Assembly: GCA_964553795.1 (NCBI GenBank)
Contig: CAZKMR010000010.1
Coordinates: 267 to 64,266 of the forward strand
DNA: 64,000 nucleotides
Direction of reading: 5' to 3'
Source: an uncultured Bifidobacterium sp.
GTDB lineage: Bacteria; Verrucomicrobiota; Verrucomicrobiia; Limisphaerales; JADLHS01
Shown here: positions 34,290 to 43,080 of the stretch, piece by piece
Layout of the letters: every line of letters begins with the position of its first letter
How positions within the stretch are numbered: position 1 is the first letter of the stretch
Position numbers and translations under genes: made by a program
Notes under the pieces: generated by a model
Database searches by the model: none
What the model was told of the DNA's origin: nothing
What the model saw: only the letters and a program-made list of their open reading frames with translations

Positions 34290-35474
34290 ATGTTATTTTA
34301 TCTCAGTCAGGCAATCCTCGGATGGGCGGAGGGCACGGATTGGGCGCCGTATGTGTCGTTTCTGCGGCTGTTCCGCTACATCACGTTTCGCTCGGCCGGC
34401 GCGGCCATCACGGCGTTTCTGCTGAGTCTGTGGCTCGGGCCGAAAGTGATCGCCTGGCTAAAGCGTTTGAAATTCGGACAGGAGTACAAGGACCTCGCGG
34501 ATCAGGCGGGGGATTTCAAGACGCGGGTGTTGAGCAAAAAGGGAACGCCGACGATGGGCGGAATTCTCATCGTGTTGGTGCTGAATCTGACCGCGATTTT
34601 GTGGGCGGAGATGAATCCGTTGCTGGAGTTGACGTTGTTGGCGGTGCTGGTGCTGACGGGATTGGGGTTTTACGACGATTACGCGAAGATCATCAAACAG
34701 CAGGGGGGCGGGGCGCCGCCGCACGTGAAGTTGTGGGTGCAGTTTGCGGTGGCGATTTTTGTGGCGGTGTATTTGTGGAAGTTGCCGATGTCGAGTTGGC
34801 TGCGGTTGCCGGAACTGGCGTCACCGTTGCAGAACAACCTGGTCAGTACGTTGATGCTGCCGTTTTACAAGTATCCGATTCAATGCGGGGCGGTGATTGG
34901 ATTGATTGTGGTGGTGCTGACGATTGTGGGCAGTTCCAATGCGGTGAATCTGACCGACGGACTCGATGGTTTGGCGATTGGCTGCACCGTGATCACGTCC
35001 ATCGTGTTTCTTGTGCTGACGTATCTGGCGAGCAATTTCAAGTATGCGACGTATTTGCAGATACCCTATGTGCATGGCGCGGGCGAGTTAACGGTGTTTT
35101 GTGCGGCGATGATCGGCGCGGGCATGGGGTTTTTATGGTTCAACTGTCATCCGGCGCAGGTGTTCATGGGCGACACCGGGTCGCTGGCGCTGGGCGGGGC
35201 GTTGGGATTGATTGCCGTTTTGATTCATCAACCGTTTCTGCTGGTGATTGCCGGCGGCGTGTTTGTGATGGAAGCCGGGTCGGTGATCATCCAGAAGGGC
35301 TGGTTCAAGTACACGCGGAAACGGTTTGGGGAAGGTCGGCGATTCTTTTTAATGGCGCCGATTCATCATCATTTTGAGAAGAAGGGCTGGTATGAAGCGC
35401 AGGTGGTGACGCGGTTTTACATTTTATGTGTGTTGTTTGCGGTGGTGGCTTTGAGCACGCTAAAGATTCGGTGA
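34290..35474 (+). CDS. mraY: Phospho-N-acetylmuramoyl-pentapeptide transferase
   Basis: 394 aa. FRYITFRSAGAAITAF, KKGTPTMGGILI, NAVNLTDGLDGLA, FMGDTGSLALGG and APIHHHFE are canonical MraY motifs. Confidence 0.95.
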   Translation: MLFYLSQAILGWAEGTDWAPYVSFLRLFRYITFRSAGAAITAFLLSLWLGPKVIAWLKRLKFGQEYKDLADQAGDFKTRVLSKKGTPTMGGILIVLVLNLTAILWAEMNPLLELTLLAVLVLTGLGFYDDYAKIIKQQGGGAPPHVKLWVQFAVAIFVAVYLWKLPMSSWLRLPELASPLQNNLVSTLMLPFYKYPIQCGAVIGLIVVVLTIVGSSNAVNLTDGLDGLAIGCTVITSIVFLVLTYLASNFKYATYLQIPYVHGAGELTVFCAAMIGAGMGFLWFNCHPAQVFMGDTGSLALGGALGLIAVLIHQPFLLVIAGGVFVMEAGSVIIQKGWFKYTRKRFGEGRRFFLMAPIHHHFEKKGWYEAQVVTRFYILCVLFAVVALSTLKIR

Positions 35475-35942
35475 TTTACCCGGAGTGCGAGCCAGCCGCC
35501 TGCTGCTAAAGCGGATGGCGCGCCGGTGGGAGCGGTCGGGGGAGTGTGATGCGGACGTGGCGGAACGCTGCGGAAAATGGTCGTGGAATCGGGCGCTTTA
35601 CTCCTTGCGGCTGGTGCGGTTCGTTGTTAGAAAATCTGTCGAAGCGGAGCTGTTTTGTCAGTGCTGAGCGGTTAGTGCGGCAAGCAGCCCGTGGATTTCC
35701 TGCTTCGACGGTTTTTCGCGTCAGTGTTTTTGATGTGAAAGCCTTTGAAGGTGAGGGAAATCAATTAGTAGGGGTGCGCGAATGTCGCACCCCAAGATAC
35801 GCGGCAAAAATGACAATCCGCCCGAGTGCGAGCGGCGGTTGCCGGAAGCGAAGAATTTGCTGTCGGTTCTTTTGAGGGAAGAACCCGCAACAGAAATTAA
35901 CCAAACAAACCTCAATGAAAGGACGCGATTCGCGCCAAGACA

Positions 35943-36647
35943 ATGAATAGCCCCAGTCCGTTGATCCCCCAAGGTTCCAATTTGGAACAACAGAACAAAG
36001 CCCGCTCCAGTCTCAAAGTAAAAATCTTTTGCGCGTTGGGCGTGAACGTCGCCGTGTTGCTGGTGTTGCTGATGCAAGGTTGCAAACGCGAGCAACCGCA
36101 GATGGAAACCATCACCAGCGATCTGCCGCCGGTGTATGACGAATCCAATCAACCGCCGGTGCTCACGGATTATGGCCAGCCAGGCATCGCCGATCCGGGC
36201 ACGAGCAATATCCCGCCCTCGACCGCTACGATCCCGGGATTGCCGCCTGTGACGGAAACTTACGTGCCGCCGACGCCACCGCCACCCGCGCCGGAAGTGG
36301 CGGCGACCGAATACACCATTCAGCGCGGCGACACCTACTCGTCCATCGCGCCCAAGTTCAACATCAGCGTTAGCGCCTTGCAGGCGGCGAATCCGAGTGT
36401 GGATCCGACGCGTTTGCAGATTGGCAAGAAATTGGTGATCCCCGCGCCGACGGCGTCCACCGGTGCGAGCACTGCTCCGACAGTGAATGCCGCGCTGGGC
36501 GAAACCATTTATACGGTGAAATCCGGCGACACGCTCAGCCGCATCGCGAGCCAGTATCGCACCACCGTTTCGGCCATCAAAGCGGCCAATGGCTTGCAAA
36601 CGGACCGCATCAAGGTGGGCGATAAGCTGAAGATTCCGGCCAAGTAA
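35943..36647 (+). CDS. Membrane-anchored protein with two LysM domains
   Basis: 234 aa. TM helix [17 protein letters not shown], a Pro-rich linker, then two LysM repeats: [44 protein letters not shown] and [43 protein letters not shown]. Confidence 0.8.
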   Translation: MNSPSPLIPQGSNLEQQNKARSSLKVKIFCALGVNVAVLLVLLMQGCKREQPQMETITSDLPPVYDESNQPPVLTDYGQPGIADPGTSNIPPSTATIPGLPPVTETYVPPTPPPPAPEVAATEYTIQRGDTYSSIAPKFNISVSALQAANPSVDPTRLQIGKKLVIPAPTASTGASTAPTVNAALGETIYTVKSGDTLSRIASQYRTTVSAIKAANGLQTDRIKVGDKLKIPAK

Positions 36648-36660
36648 ATTACGCCGACTG

Positions 36661-36694
36661 CCGCCGCGGCAAATTCCGCGGCGGTTTGCGTTGG
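36661..36694 (+). terminator. Intrinsic-terminator-like hairpin immediately upstream of ftsW
   Basis: CCGCCGCGG-CAAATT-CCGCGGCGG (perfect 9-bp GC stem, 36661-36684) followed by TTTGCGTTGG. The ftsW start (36691/36697) lies within or just after the T-rich tail. Confidence 0.45.
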
Positions 36695-37848
36695 ACATGA
36701 AAACCGCCGTCACCACGCTCGCCTTTTGCATCGCTGCCCTGCTGACGCTCGGGCTGGTGATGTTGTACAGCGCGAGTATGAACATGCCGGACAAACAGCA
36801 AGTGATGAAGGGGGCGCAGTTGCTGATGACGCAGGCGGTTTGGTGCGGGCTGGGTTTGGTGGCCTGCTTCGTGGCGGCGAGTCTGGATTACCGATTGCTC
36901 CGGAAGTTTGCGTGGCCGATTTTCATCGTCGGTCTGATTCTGCTGGTCCTCGTGTTGGTGCCCGGCATCGGCCATCGCATCAAGGGCGCCAGCCGGTGGT
37001 TCAAATTTGCCGGCGTCAGTTTTCAACCGTCCGAACTGGCCAAGATCGCGCTCGTCATCGTGCTCGCGTGGTATTGCGAGCGTTACCAACGGCAAATGCG
37101 CGATTGGAAACGCGGCGTGGTGATTCCGGGAATTATCATCGCGCCGATGTTGGCGTTGATCTTTGTCGAGCCGGATCGCGGCACGACGATTCTGTTGGCG
37201 GCGGTTTGTGGCGGGATGCTGGTGCTGGCCGGCGTGCAATGGCGCTTCATTATTCCACCGGTGCTGTTGGGCATTGCGGGACTGGCGGTTTCCTTGTGGC
37301 ACGATCCCATGCGCATGAAACGCATCTTTAGTTGGCTGTACCTCGAGGAAAATAAAGAAGGCGTCGGCTATCAGGCGTATCAAGCGATGATTGCACTCGG
37401 TTCAGGTGGTTGGTTCGGCCTCGGGTTGGGGAATGGCCGGCAGAAACTGGGTTTTGTGCCCGAGCATCACACGGATTTTATTCTCTCCATCATCGGCGAG
37501 GAACTGGGGCTCGTTGCCACCTTGGGCGTGGTGCTGGGATTTGCGTTGATCGTGATTTGCGGTTTTTACATCGCGGTGCATGCGCGCGATACGTTCGGCA
37601 TGATGCTCGCCTCCGGCGTCACTTTGCTCATTGGCTTGCAGGCGTTCATCAACATCGGCGTTGTCACGAGCGCGCTGCCGAATAAAGGCCTGGCCTTGCC
37701 ATTCATCAGTTACGGTGGCTCGAATCTGGTCGCGATGCTGACATGTGCCGGGTTGTTATTTGGTGTGGCGCGCCAGGCGCGCGCTCCCGAATTCAAGTCA
37801 GCCAATCCCTTCGCCGCCTCGGAACTTCCCACGGCGCAAACCACATGA
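36691..37848 (+). CDS. ftsW: SEDS-family peptidoglycan glycosyltransferase FtsW
   Basis: 385 aa (the ATG at 36697 is an alternative start). Polytopic. SRWFKFAGVSFQPSELAKIALVI, DRGTTILL, PEHHTDFI and GLALPFISYGGS are FtsW/RodA blocks. Confidence 0.9.
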   Translation: MDMKTAVTTLAFCIAALLTLGLVMLYSASMNMPDKQQVMKGAQLLMTQAVWCGLGLVACFVAASLDYRLLRKFAWPIFIVGLILLVLVLVPGIGHRIKGASRWFKFAGVSFQPSELAKIALVIVLAWYCERYQRQMRDWKRGVVIPGIIIAPMLALIFVEPDRGTTILLAAVCGGMLVLAGVQWRFIIPPVLLGIAGLAVSLWHDPMRMKRIFSWLYLEENKEGVGYQAYQAMIALGSGGWFGLGLGNGRQKLGFVPEHHTDFILSIIGEELGLVATLGVVLGFALIVICGFYIAVHARDTFGMMLASGVTLLIGLQAFINIGVVTSALPNKGLALPFISYGGSNLVAMLTCAGLLFGVARQARAPEFKSANPFAASELPTAQTT

Positions 37849-39041
37849 GTTCCCGGCGCGAATCCTCAGCCCACGTCGCGATTGCCTGCGGCGGCACGGG
37901 CGGACACCTATTTCCCGGGTTGGCCGTGGCGGCAGAATTACAAGCGCGTGGCAGCGCGGTCAGCGTGTTGATTTCGCCCAAAGAAGTGGATCAACAGGCC
38001 GTAAAATCCGCGCGCGACGTGCAAGTGTTCACGCTGCCCGCCGTTGCGTTGCAACGCGGCAATCGGCTCGCATTCGGTTATGGTTTTGGGCGCTCCTGGC
38101 TCGCCGCGCGGCGACTGTTCAAGAACACGCGCCCGACGGCCGTGTTGGCCATGGGCGGATTCACTGCCGCTCCCCCGGTGTTGGCGGCGCGTTGGTTGGG
38201 CGTGAAGACGTTCCTGCACGAATCCAACACCATTCCCGGTCGCGCCAACCGCTGGTTGGCGCGTTGGGTGGATCAGGCCTTTGTCGGTTTTCCGCAAACG
38301 GAAGGGCGACTCTCGGCCCGCACAGTCAGTGTGACTGGCACGCCGGTGCGACCGACATTTCAAGTGCGGGAAGCGACGGCTTGTCGCACCGCCCTCGGAC
38401 TCGACCCGAATCGCCCGGTCGTTCTCGTCATGGGCGGCAGTCAGGGCGCGAGTGGGATCAACGATCTGGTGATCAAGGCGCTTCCCGGTTGGGCGCGCCA
38501 CGCCGACACGTGGCAATGGTTGCATCTCACGGGACCCAACGATGTCGAAAAGGTACAACGCGCCTACGTGCAACATCGCTGCACCGCCGTTGTGCGACCG
38601 TTTCTGGCGGAAATGGATTTGGCGCTGGGCGCGGCCACCGCTTGCATCAGCCGGGCCGGTGCGTCTTCGCTCGCGGAATTGGCGGCGGTGCGCTTGCCCG
38701 CGCTGCTCGTGCCCTATCCCACGGCCGCGGACAATCATCAATGGCACAACGCGCGCGCCTTCGAAGAAACCGGCGCCGCGCAAACGCTGGATCAACGACT
38801 GGCGACACCGGAAAAAGTATGTCGCGCGTTGGTTGAATTGATGGAAGACGAAGGCGAACGCGCCAGCATCAAAGCGGCTTTGGCGCGATGGCACGCGCCG
38901 CGCGCGGCAGAGATCATTGCAGAAAAAATTCTGCAAAGTGTCATCCAGCCCAATGGCGCTGGCGCTGTAAATGCGGCGTCAGACTTGAAATCTGCCGCGG
39001 AGGAAAATCGCGCGGTGCTGGAGCGCGCGCCGGTCGCATGA
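37845..39041 (+). CDS. murG: UDP-N-acetylglucosamine--N-acetylmuramyl-(pentapeptide) pyrophosphoryl-undecaprenol GlcNAc transferase
   Basis: Internal ATG of track ORF 37743..39041, overlapping the ftsW stop (ATGA). IACGGTGGHLFPGLAVAAEL G-loop and a HQWHNARAF motif. Carries an approx 35-aa C-terminal tail beyond typical MurG. Confidence 0.9.
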   Translation: MSSRRESSAHVAIACGGTGGHLFPGLAVAAELQARGSAVSVLISPKEVDQQAVKSARDVQVFTLPAVALQRGNRLAFGYGFGRSWLAARRLFKNTRPTAVLAMGGFTAAPPVLAARWLGVKTFLHESNTIPGRANRWLARWVDQAFVGFPQTEGRLSARTVSVTGTPVRPTFQVREATACRTALGLDPNRPVVLVMGGSQGASGINDLVIKALPGWARHADTWQWLHLTGPNDVEKVQRAYVQHRCTAVVRPFLAEMDLALGAATACISRAGASSLAELAAVRLPALLVPYPTAADNHQWHNARAFEETGAAQTLDQRLATPEKVCRALVELMEDEGERASIKAALARWHAPRAAEIIAEKILQSVIQPNGAGAVNAASDLKSAAEENRAVLERAPVA

Positions 39042-39985
39042 ACGTTTTGGCAGCCATGACCGTTTCGCAGCAATCTGAATCACCGCTGGTGCCGGCACTC
39101 CGGCAAGGCGTCTCGGCGGAAACGGTGGTGCGAGTTCACGAACCGCTCGCAAAGCGCACGACGCTGCGGGTCGGTGGTCCGGCGGATGTTTACGTTGAGC
39201 CCGCGAACGAAACTGATTTAGCAGCGGTGTTGCGAATTTGTGCGGCGCAGGGAACGAAATCTTTCGTGCTGGGGCGTGGGTCGAATTTGCTGATTCGCGA
39301 CGGTGGTTTTCGCGGCGTGGTGATTTGTCTGGCGCAGCCGCATTTCAGCGCAGTGGAAATCGACGGCGAACGCATTCGGTGCGGTGCGGGCGCAAAATTA
39401 AAACAAGTCGCGGTGGAAGCGAAGCGGGCCGAGTTGACGGGCGTGGAATTTCTGGAAGGCATTCCGGGCAGTGTGGGGGGGGCGTTGCGCATGAATGCAG
39501 GCGCGATGGGCGGCGAGACGTTTCAATCGGTGGAGTCGGTTCGCCTCATGGATTACGCCGGCAACGCCCGCGATGTGGTCGCGGCGGAAATTCAGGCGGA
39601 ATATCGATGCTGCGCGGTGTTGAAGCATCACATCGCTTTGGGCGCGGTATTTCGTGGTTCGCGCGCGACCCGCGCTGAGATTGAGCAACGCATGAACGGG
39701 TTCAGTCACAAGCGCTGGGATTCGCAGCCTGCCGCTCCCAGCGCGGGTTGTTGTTTCAAGAATCCCGCCACCATTCCCGCCGGCAAATTGGTCGAAGAAC
39801 TCGGACTCAAAGGCATGAAACTCGGGGGCGCGATGGTGTCGTTCGAGCACGGAAATTTTATCACCAACGACGGCACCGCCACGGCGCGAGACGTGTTGGA
39901 TTTGATCGAATTGATCAAAACGAAAGCGCGACTGGCGCGCGGCATCGAGTTGCATACGGAAGTTGAAATCGTCGGGGAAGATTAA
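39038..39985 (+). CDS. murB: UDP-N-acetylenolpyruvoylglucosamine reductase
   Basis: Internal ATG overlapping the murG stop (ATGA). PLAKRTTLRVGGPADVYVEP, LGRGSNLLIRDGG, AGAMGGE and PSAGCCFKNP are MurB blocks. Confidence 0.9.
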   Translation: MNVLAAMTVSQQSESPLVPALRQGVSAETVVRVHEPLAKRTTLRVGGPADVYVEPANETDLAAVLRICAAQGTKSFVLGRGSNLLIRDGGFRGVVICLAQPHFSAVEIDGERIRCGAGAKLKQVAVEAKRAELTGVEFLEGIPGSVGGALRMNAGAMGGETFQSVESVRLMDYAGNARDVVAAEIQAEYRCCAVLKHHIALGAVFRGSRATRAEIEQRMNGFSHKRWDSQPAAPSAGCCFKNPATIPAGKLVEELGLKGMKLGGAMVSFEHGNFITNDGTATARDVLDLIELIKTKARLARGIELHTEVEIVGED

Positions 39986-39988
39986 GCT

Positions 39989-40897
39989 ATGGGCAGTATT
40001 TCCAAATTAAGCATCACGGTCATGTTGGGCGGGCCGAGTGCCGAGCGCGAAGTGTCGTTGCGCTCGGGCGCGTCGGTCGCGGCGGCCTTGCGGTCGCTCG
40101 GACACGAGGTGAACGAATTGGATCCGCGCCAGGCGGGCTGGCAGATTCCGCGGAACACGAACGTGGTGTTTTTGGCGTTGCACGGCACCTATGGCGAAGA
40201 CGGCACAGTGCAAGCGGCGCTGGAGAAGATTGGCGTGCCCTATACCGGTTGCGATGCCGAGGCGAGCCGGATTGGTTTTGACAAGGCGTTGACGAAACAA
40301 AAATGCGTGGCCGCCAAAGTGCCGACCGCGCGCTCGCTGGTCATGGATTCCGCCAAGACGGCCTGGCCGATGGGCTGGAATCCGCCGCTCGTAATCAAAC
40401 CGGTGCGCCAGGGATCGAGTGTGGGATTGCAGTTCGTGGAACGTGTCGAGGAATGGCCGGCGGCGTTGACCGAAGCATTGCGCCATGATTCGCAAGTGTT
40501 GATTGAAGAAAAGATTATCGGGCGCGAAACGACCGTCGGCATTCTGGACGATCAGGCGTTGCCCGTGGTGGAAGTGCGGCCCAAGTCCGGCGTGTACGAC
40601 TATCGGACCAAGTACAGTGTCGGGGCTTCGGATTATTTTTGTCCGGCGTTGTTCGATGTACCGACGACGCAGCGCATCCAGGCGGCGGGACTGGCGGCGT
40701 TTCGCGCGATTGGCGGACGCGATTATGCGCGGGTGGATGTGATGGTGCGCGCCAACGGCGATCCCGTGGTGCTGGAGGTCAACACGCTGCCCGGCATGAC
40801 TGAGACCAGTTTGTTGCCCAAAGCGGCGGCGGCGGCCGGCATCGGTTACGCGCAGTTATGTCAACGCATGGTGGAACTAGCTTTACGCCGAAAATGA
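39989..40897 (+). CDS. ddl: D-alanine--D-alanine ligase
   Basis: 302 aa. GGPSAEREVSLRSG, HGTYGEDGTVQAALE, KPVRQGSSVG and LEVNTLPGMTETSL are Ddl blocks. Confidence 0.9.
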   Translation: MGSISKLSITVMLGGPSAEREVSLRSGASVAAALRSLGHEVNELDPRQAGWQIPRNTNVVFLALHGTYGEDGTVQAALEKIGVPYTGCDAEASRIGFDKALTKQKCVAAKVPTARSLVMDSAKTAWPMGWNPPLVIKPVRQGSSVGLQFVERVEEWPAALTEALRHDSQVLIEEKIIGRETTVGILDDQALPVVEVRPKSGVYDYRTKYSVGASDYFCPALFDVPTTQRIQAAGLAAFRAIGGRDYARVDVMVRANGDPVVLEVNTLPGMTETSLLPKAAAAAGIGYAQLCQRMVELALRRK

Positions 40898-41859
40898 GTT
40901 GGATCAAACGCAAAGCGAAAAATCGCAAGTTGGGACGCATGCACGTGCTGGACGTGAAGCTGCGTTCGGATCAGGTGCGCAAATCGCGGCTGCGCCTCGC
41001 GGCACTGGCGATGACCGCGTTGGTTGGCACGGTGCTGGGCGTGTTTGCGTTGTGGCGCGGCGGGGAATGGTTATTGAACCGCATGATCTATGAGAACTCC
41101 GCGTTCGCCATTCGCTCGGTCGAAGCGCACACCGATGGCGTGATTGCCCCGCAACAATTGCAGCGGTGGGCCAATGTGCGGGTGGGGCAAAACCTGCTCG
41201 CGTTGGACCTCGATAAGATCAAACGCAATCTCGAGATGGTGCCGGCCATCGAAACGGTATCGCTCGAACGCGTCCTGCCCCGGACATTGCGCATTCGCGT
41301 AACGGAGCGCGAGCCCATCGTGCAAGTGGCGGTATTGCGAACCAATGGGCCGGGCGAGTTTGAGCACGTCATCTTCTTGTTGGACGGAAAAGGTGTGGTG
41401 ATGCAACCACTGACGCCGCACGATAAAGTGCGCCCGATCGGCCAATTGGACCACGGTTTGCCCCGCTTGTTAGGTTTGATGCGGCTTGATTTGCAGCCAG
41501 GCCGGCGCGTGGAATTGCCCGGCGTACAGGCCGCGCTCCGGCTCGCGCAGGAATTCGCCTACTCGCCGATGGCGGGGTTGGTGGATCTGAAGCAGATCGA
41601 AGTCAGTTCGCCTGACGTGTTGGTTGTGACCACGGAACAAGGCAGTGAAGTGACGTTCGGGCTCTACGACATCGATCAGCAATTGCGCCGCTGGCGGCAG
41701 GTGCATGACGAAGGGCTGCGCCAGCGCAAAGGGCATCTCGCCACGCTTGATTTGTCGGTGGCCAACAACGCTCCGGCCCGCTGGCTTGATCCGAAGATTG
41801 TCCCCGCCCCGGCGAAACCGGTGAAAACCACGCGAACCAGAAGACAACGCAATGTTTGA
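40894..41859 (+). CDS. ftsQ: Cell division protein FtsQ (POTRA-containing)
   Basis: Internal ATG overlapping the ddl stop (ATGA). One TM helix LAALAMTALVGTVLGVFALW followed by a POTRA-like IRSVEAHTDGVIAPQQLQRWANVRVGQNLLALDLDKIKRNLEMVPAIETVSLERVLPRTLRIRVTER. Confidence 0.75.
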   Translation: MSWIKRKAKNRKLGRMHVLDVKLRSDQVRKSRLRLAALAMTALVGTVLGVFALWRGGEWLLNRMIYENSAFAIRSVEAHTDGVIAPQQLQRWANVRVGQNLLALDLDKIKRNLEMVPAIETVSLERVLPRTLRIRVTEREPIVQVAVLRTNGPGEFEHVIFLLDGKGVVMQPLTPHDKVRPIGQLDHGLPRLLGLMRLDLQPGRRVELPGVQAALRLAQEFAYSPMAGLVDLKQIEVSSPDVLVVTTEQGSEVTFGLYDIDQQLRRWRQVHDEGLRQRKGHLATLDLSVANNAPARWLDPKIVPAPAKPVKTTRTRRQRNV

Positions 41860-43069
41860 TTCCTCCTCCATCATCGTCGGCTTGGAGATCGGCACCTCCA
41901 AGGTTTGCGCCGTCGTGGGCGAAGTGAACGACGAAGGCGCGCTCAATATTGTCGGAATTGGCCAATGTCGCTCCCGCGGTGTGCGCAAAGGCGAAATCGT
42001 GGACGCGCGCTCCGTCGAGGAAGACGTGCGCCACGCCATTGTGGAAGCCGAGCAAATGGCCGATGTGGAAATCCGCAGCGTTTATCTTGGAGTCAGCGGC
42101 GGCCACATCCGCGGCTTCAACAATCGCGGCATGCATCCGGTGGTTTCGGCGGACCGCGAAATCACCAGCGACGACGTGCTCGACGTGGTGAAGAACGCGA
42201 AGGCGATCAACTTGCCGCAGGACCACACGGTGTTGCACGCCATGCGCCAACACTTCTTTGTCGATGGCCAGGATGGGGTGAAAGATCCCGTCGGGATGCT
42301 GGGCGCGCGCTTGGAAGTGGACGTGCATGTGGTCCATGGCCACTTGAATCGTTTGCAAAATGCGATTCGCGTGGTGAAAGGCATGCAACTGGAGGTCGAA
42401 GAAGTCGTGTTCAACGGCTTGGCTTCCTCGTTGGCTGTGCTGTCGCCCGCGCAAAAGGAACTGGGCGCACTGGTGATTGATTTGGGCGCGGGCACGACCA
42501 ATTACGTGGTTTATTCCGGCGGCGTCATCAAGCACACGGGTGCGCTGGCGGTGGGCGGCGACCACGTGACGAACGATTTGGCGTTCGGGCTCAAAGTGCC
42601 GCAAGGCCGCGCCGATCAGCTCAAGATCGAAAACGGCCATGCGTTCATGGATGAATCAGTGGCCGGTCGGAAGATGAATCTCAAGAGCGACTTGGGCTTA
42701 CCGCTCAACACTGTGAATCTCGGCCACCTGCGCCGCATCATGGCGCTGCGACTCGAGGAGATATTCCAGTTGGTGGCACAGGACGTCGAGCAGGCTGGTC
42801 TGCTGGAGTACTTGCGCGCGGGAGTTTTTCTTTGCGGCGGCGGTTCGCGCATTCCGGAAATCACGCGGCTGGCAGAGGAGACACTGCAACTGCCGGCCGT
42901 GGTCGGCAAAACCACTTGTGTGAGTGGCTTGAAATCCACGCTGGATCAGCCCGAATTCGCGACCGCCATCGGCCTCGTGCGATTCGGTTCACTGAAGGTG
43001 CGGCGGCAGGAGAAATCATCGTTGGTCAAAAACATCAAACACGTCTTCGGTCGGCTGTTGCCGCGCTGA
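41852..43069 (+). CDS. ftsA: Cell division protein FtsA
   Basis: 405 aa. VGLEIGTSKVCAVVGEV, the actin-fold phosphate motifs LVIDLGAGTTNYVVY and VFLCGGGSRIP. Confidence 0.9.
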   Translation: MFDSSSIIVGLEIGTSKVCAVVGEVNDEGALNIVGIGQCRSRGVRKGEIVDARSVEEDVRHAIVEAEQMADVEIRSVYLGVSGGHIRGFNNRGMHPVVSADREITSDDVLDVVKNAKAINLPQDHTVLHAMRQHFFVDGQDGVKDPVGMLGARLEVDVHVVHGHLNRLQNAIRVVKGMQLEVEEVVFNGLASSLAVLSPAQKELGALVIDLGAGTTNYVVYSGGVIKHTGALAVGGDHVTNDLAFGLKVPQGRADQLKIENGHAFMDESVAGRKMNLKSDLGLPLNTVNLGHLRRIMALRLEEIFQLVAQDVEQAGLLEYLRAGVFLCGGGSRIPEITRLAEETLQLPAVVGKTTCVSGLKSTLDQPEFATAIGLVRFGSLKVRRQEKSSLVKNIKHVFGRLLPR

Positions 43070-43080
43070 CGTTTGTTGCC

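Noticed and set aside
34217-35377. 386-aa plus-strand ORF overlapping mraY in another frame
   Set aside because: The frame at 34290..35474 contains every canonical MraY motif. This alternative frame is Gly/Arg/Val-rich nonsense.
37745-38836. 363-aa alternative-frame ORF over murG, plus the long N-terminal extensions of several track ORFs (37743, 38888, 40858, 42832, 49376, 51044, 6258, 6442, 7650, 8966, 13149)
   Set aside because: In each case homology-like sequence begins at an internal start that is translationally coupled (ATGA/GTGA) to the upstream stop. The upstream extension overlaps the preceding gene in another frame.
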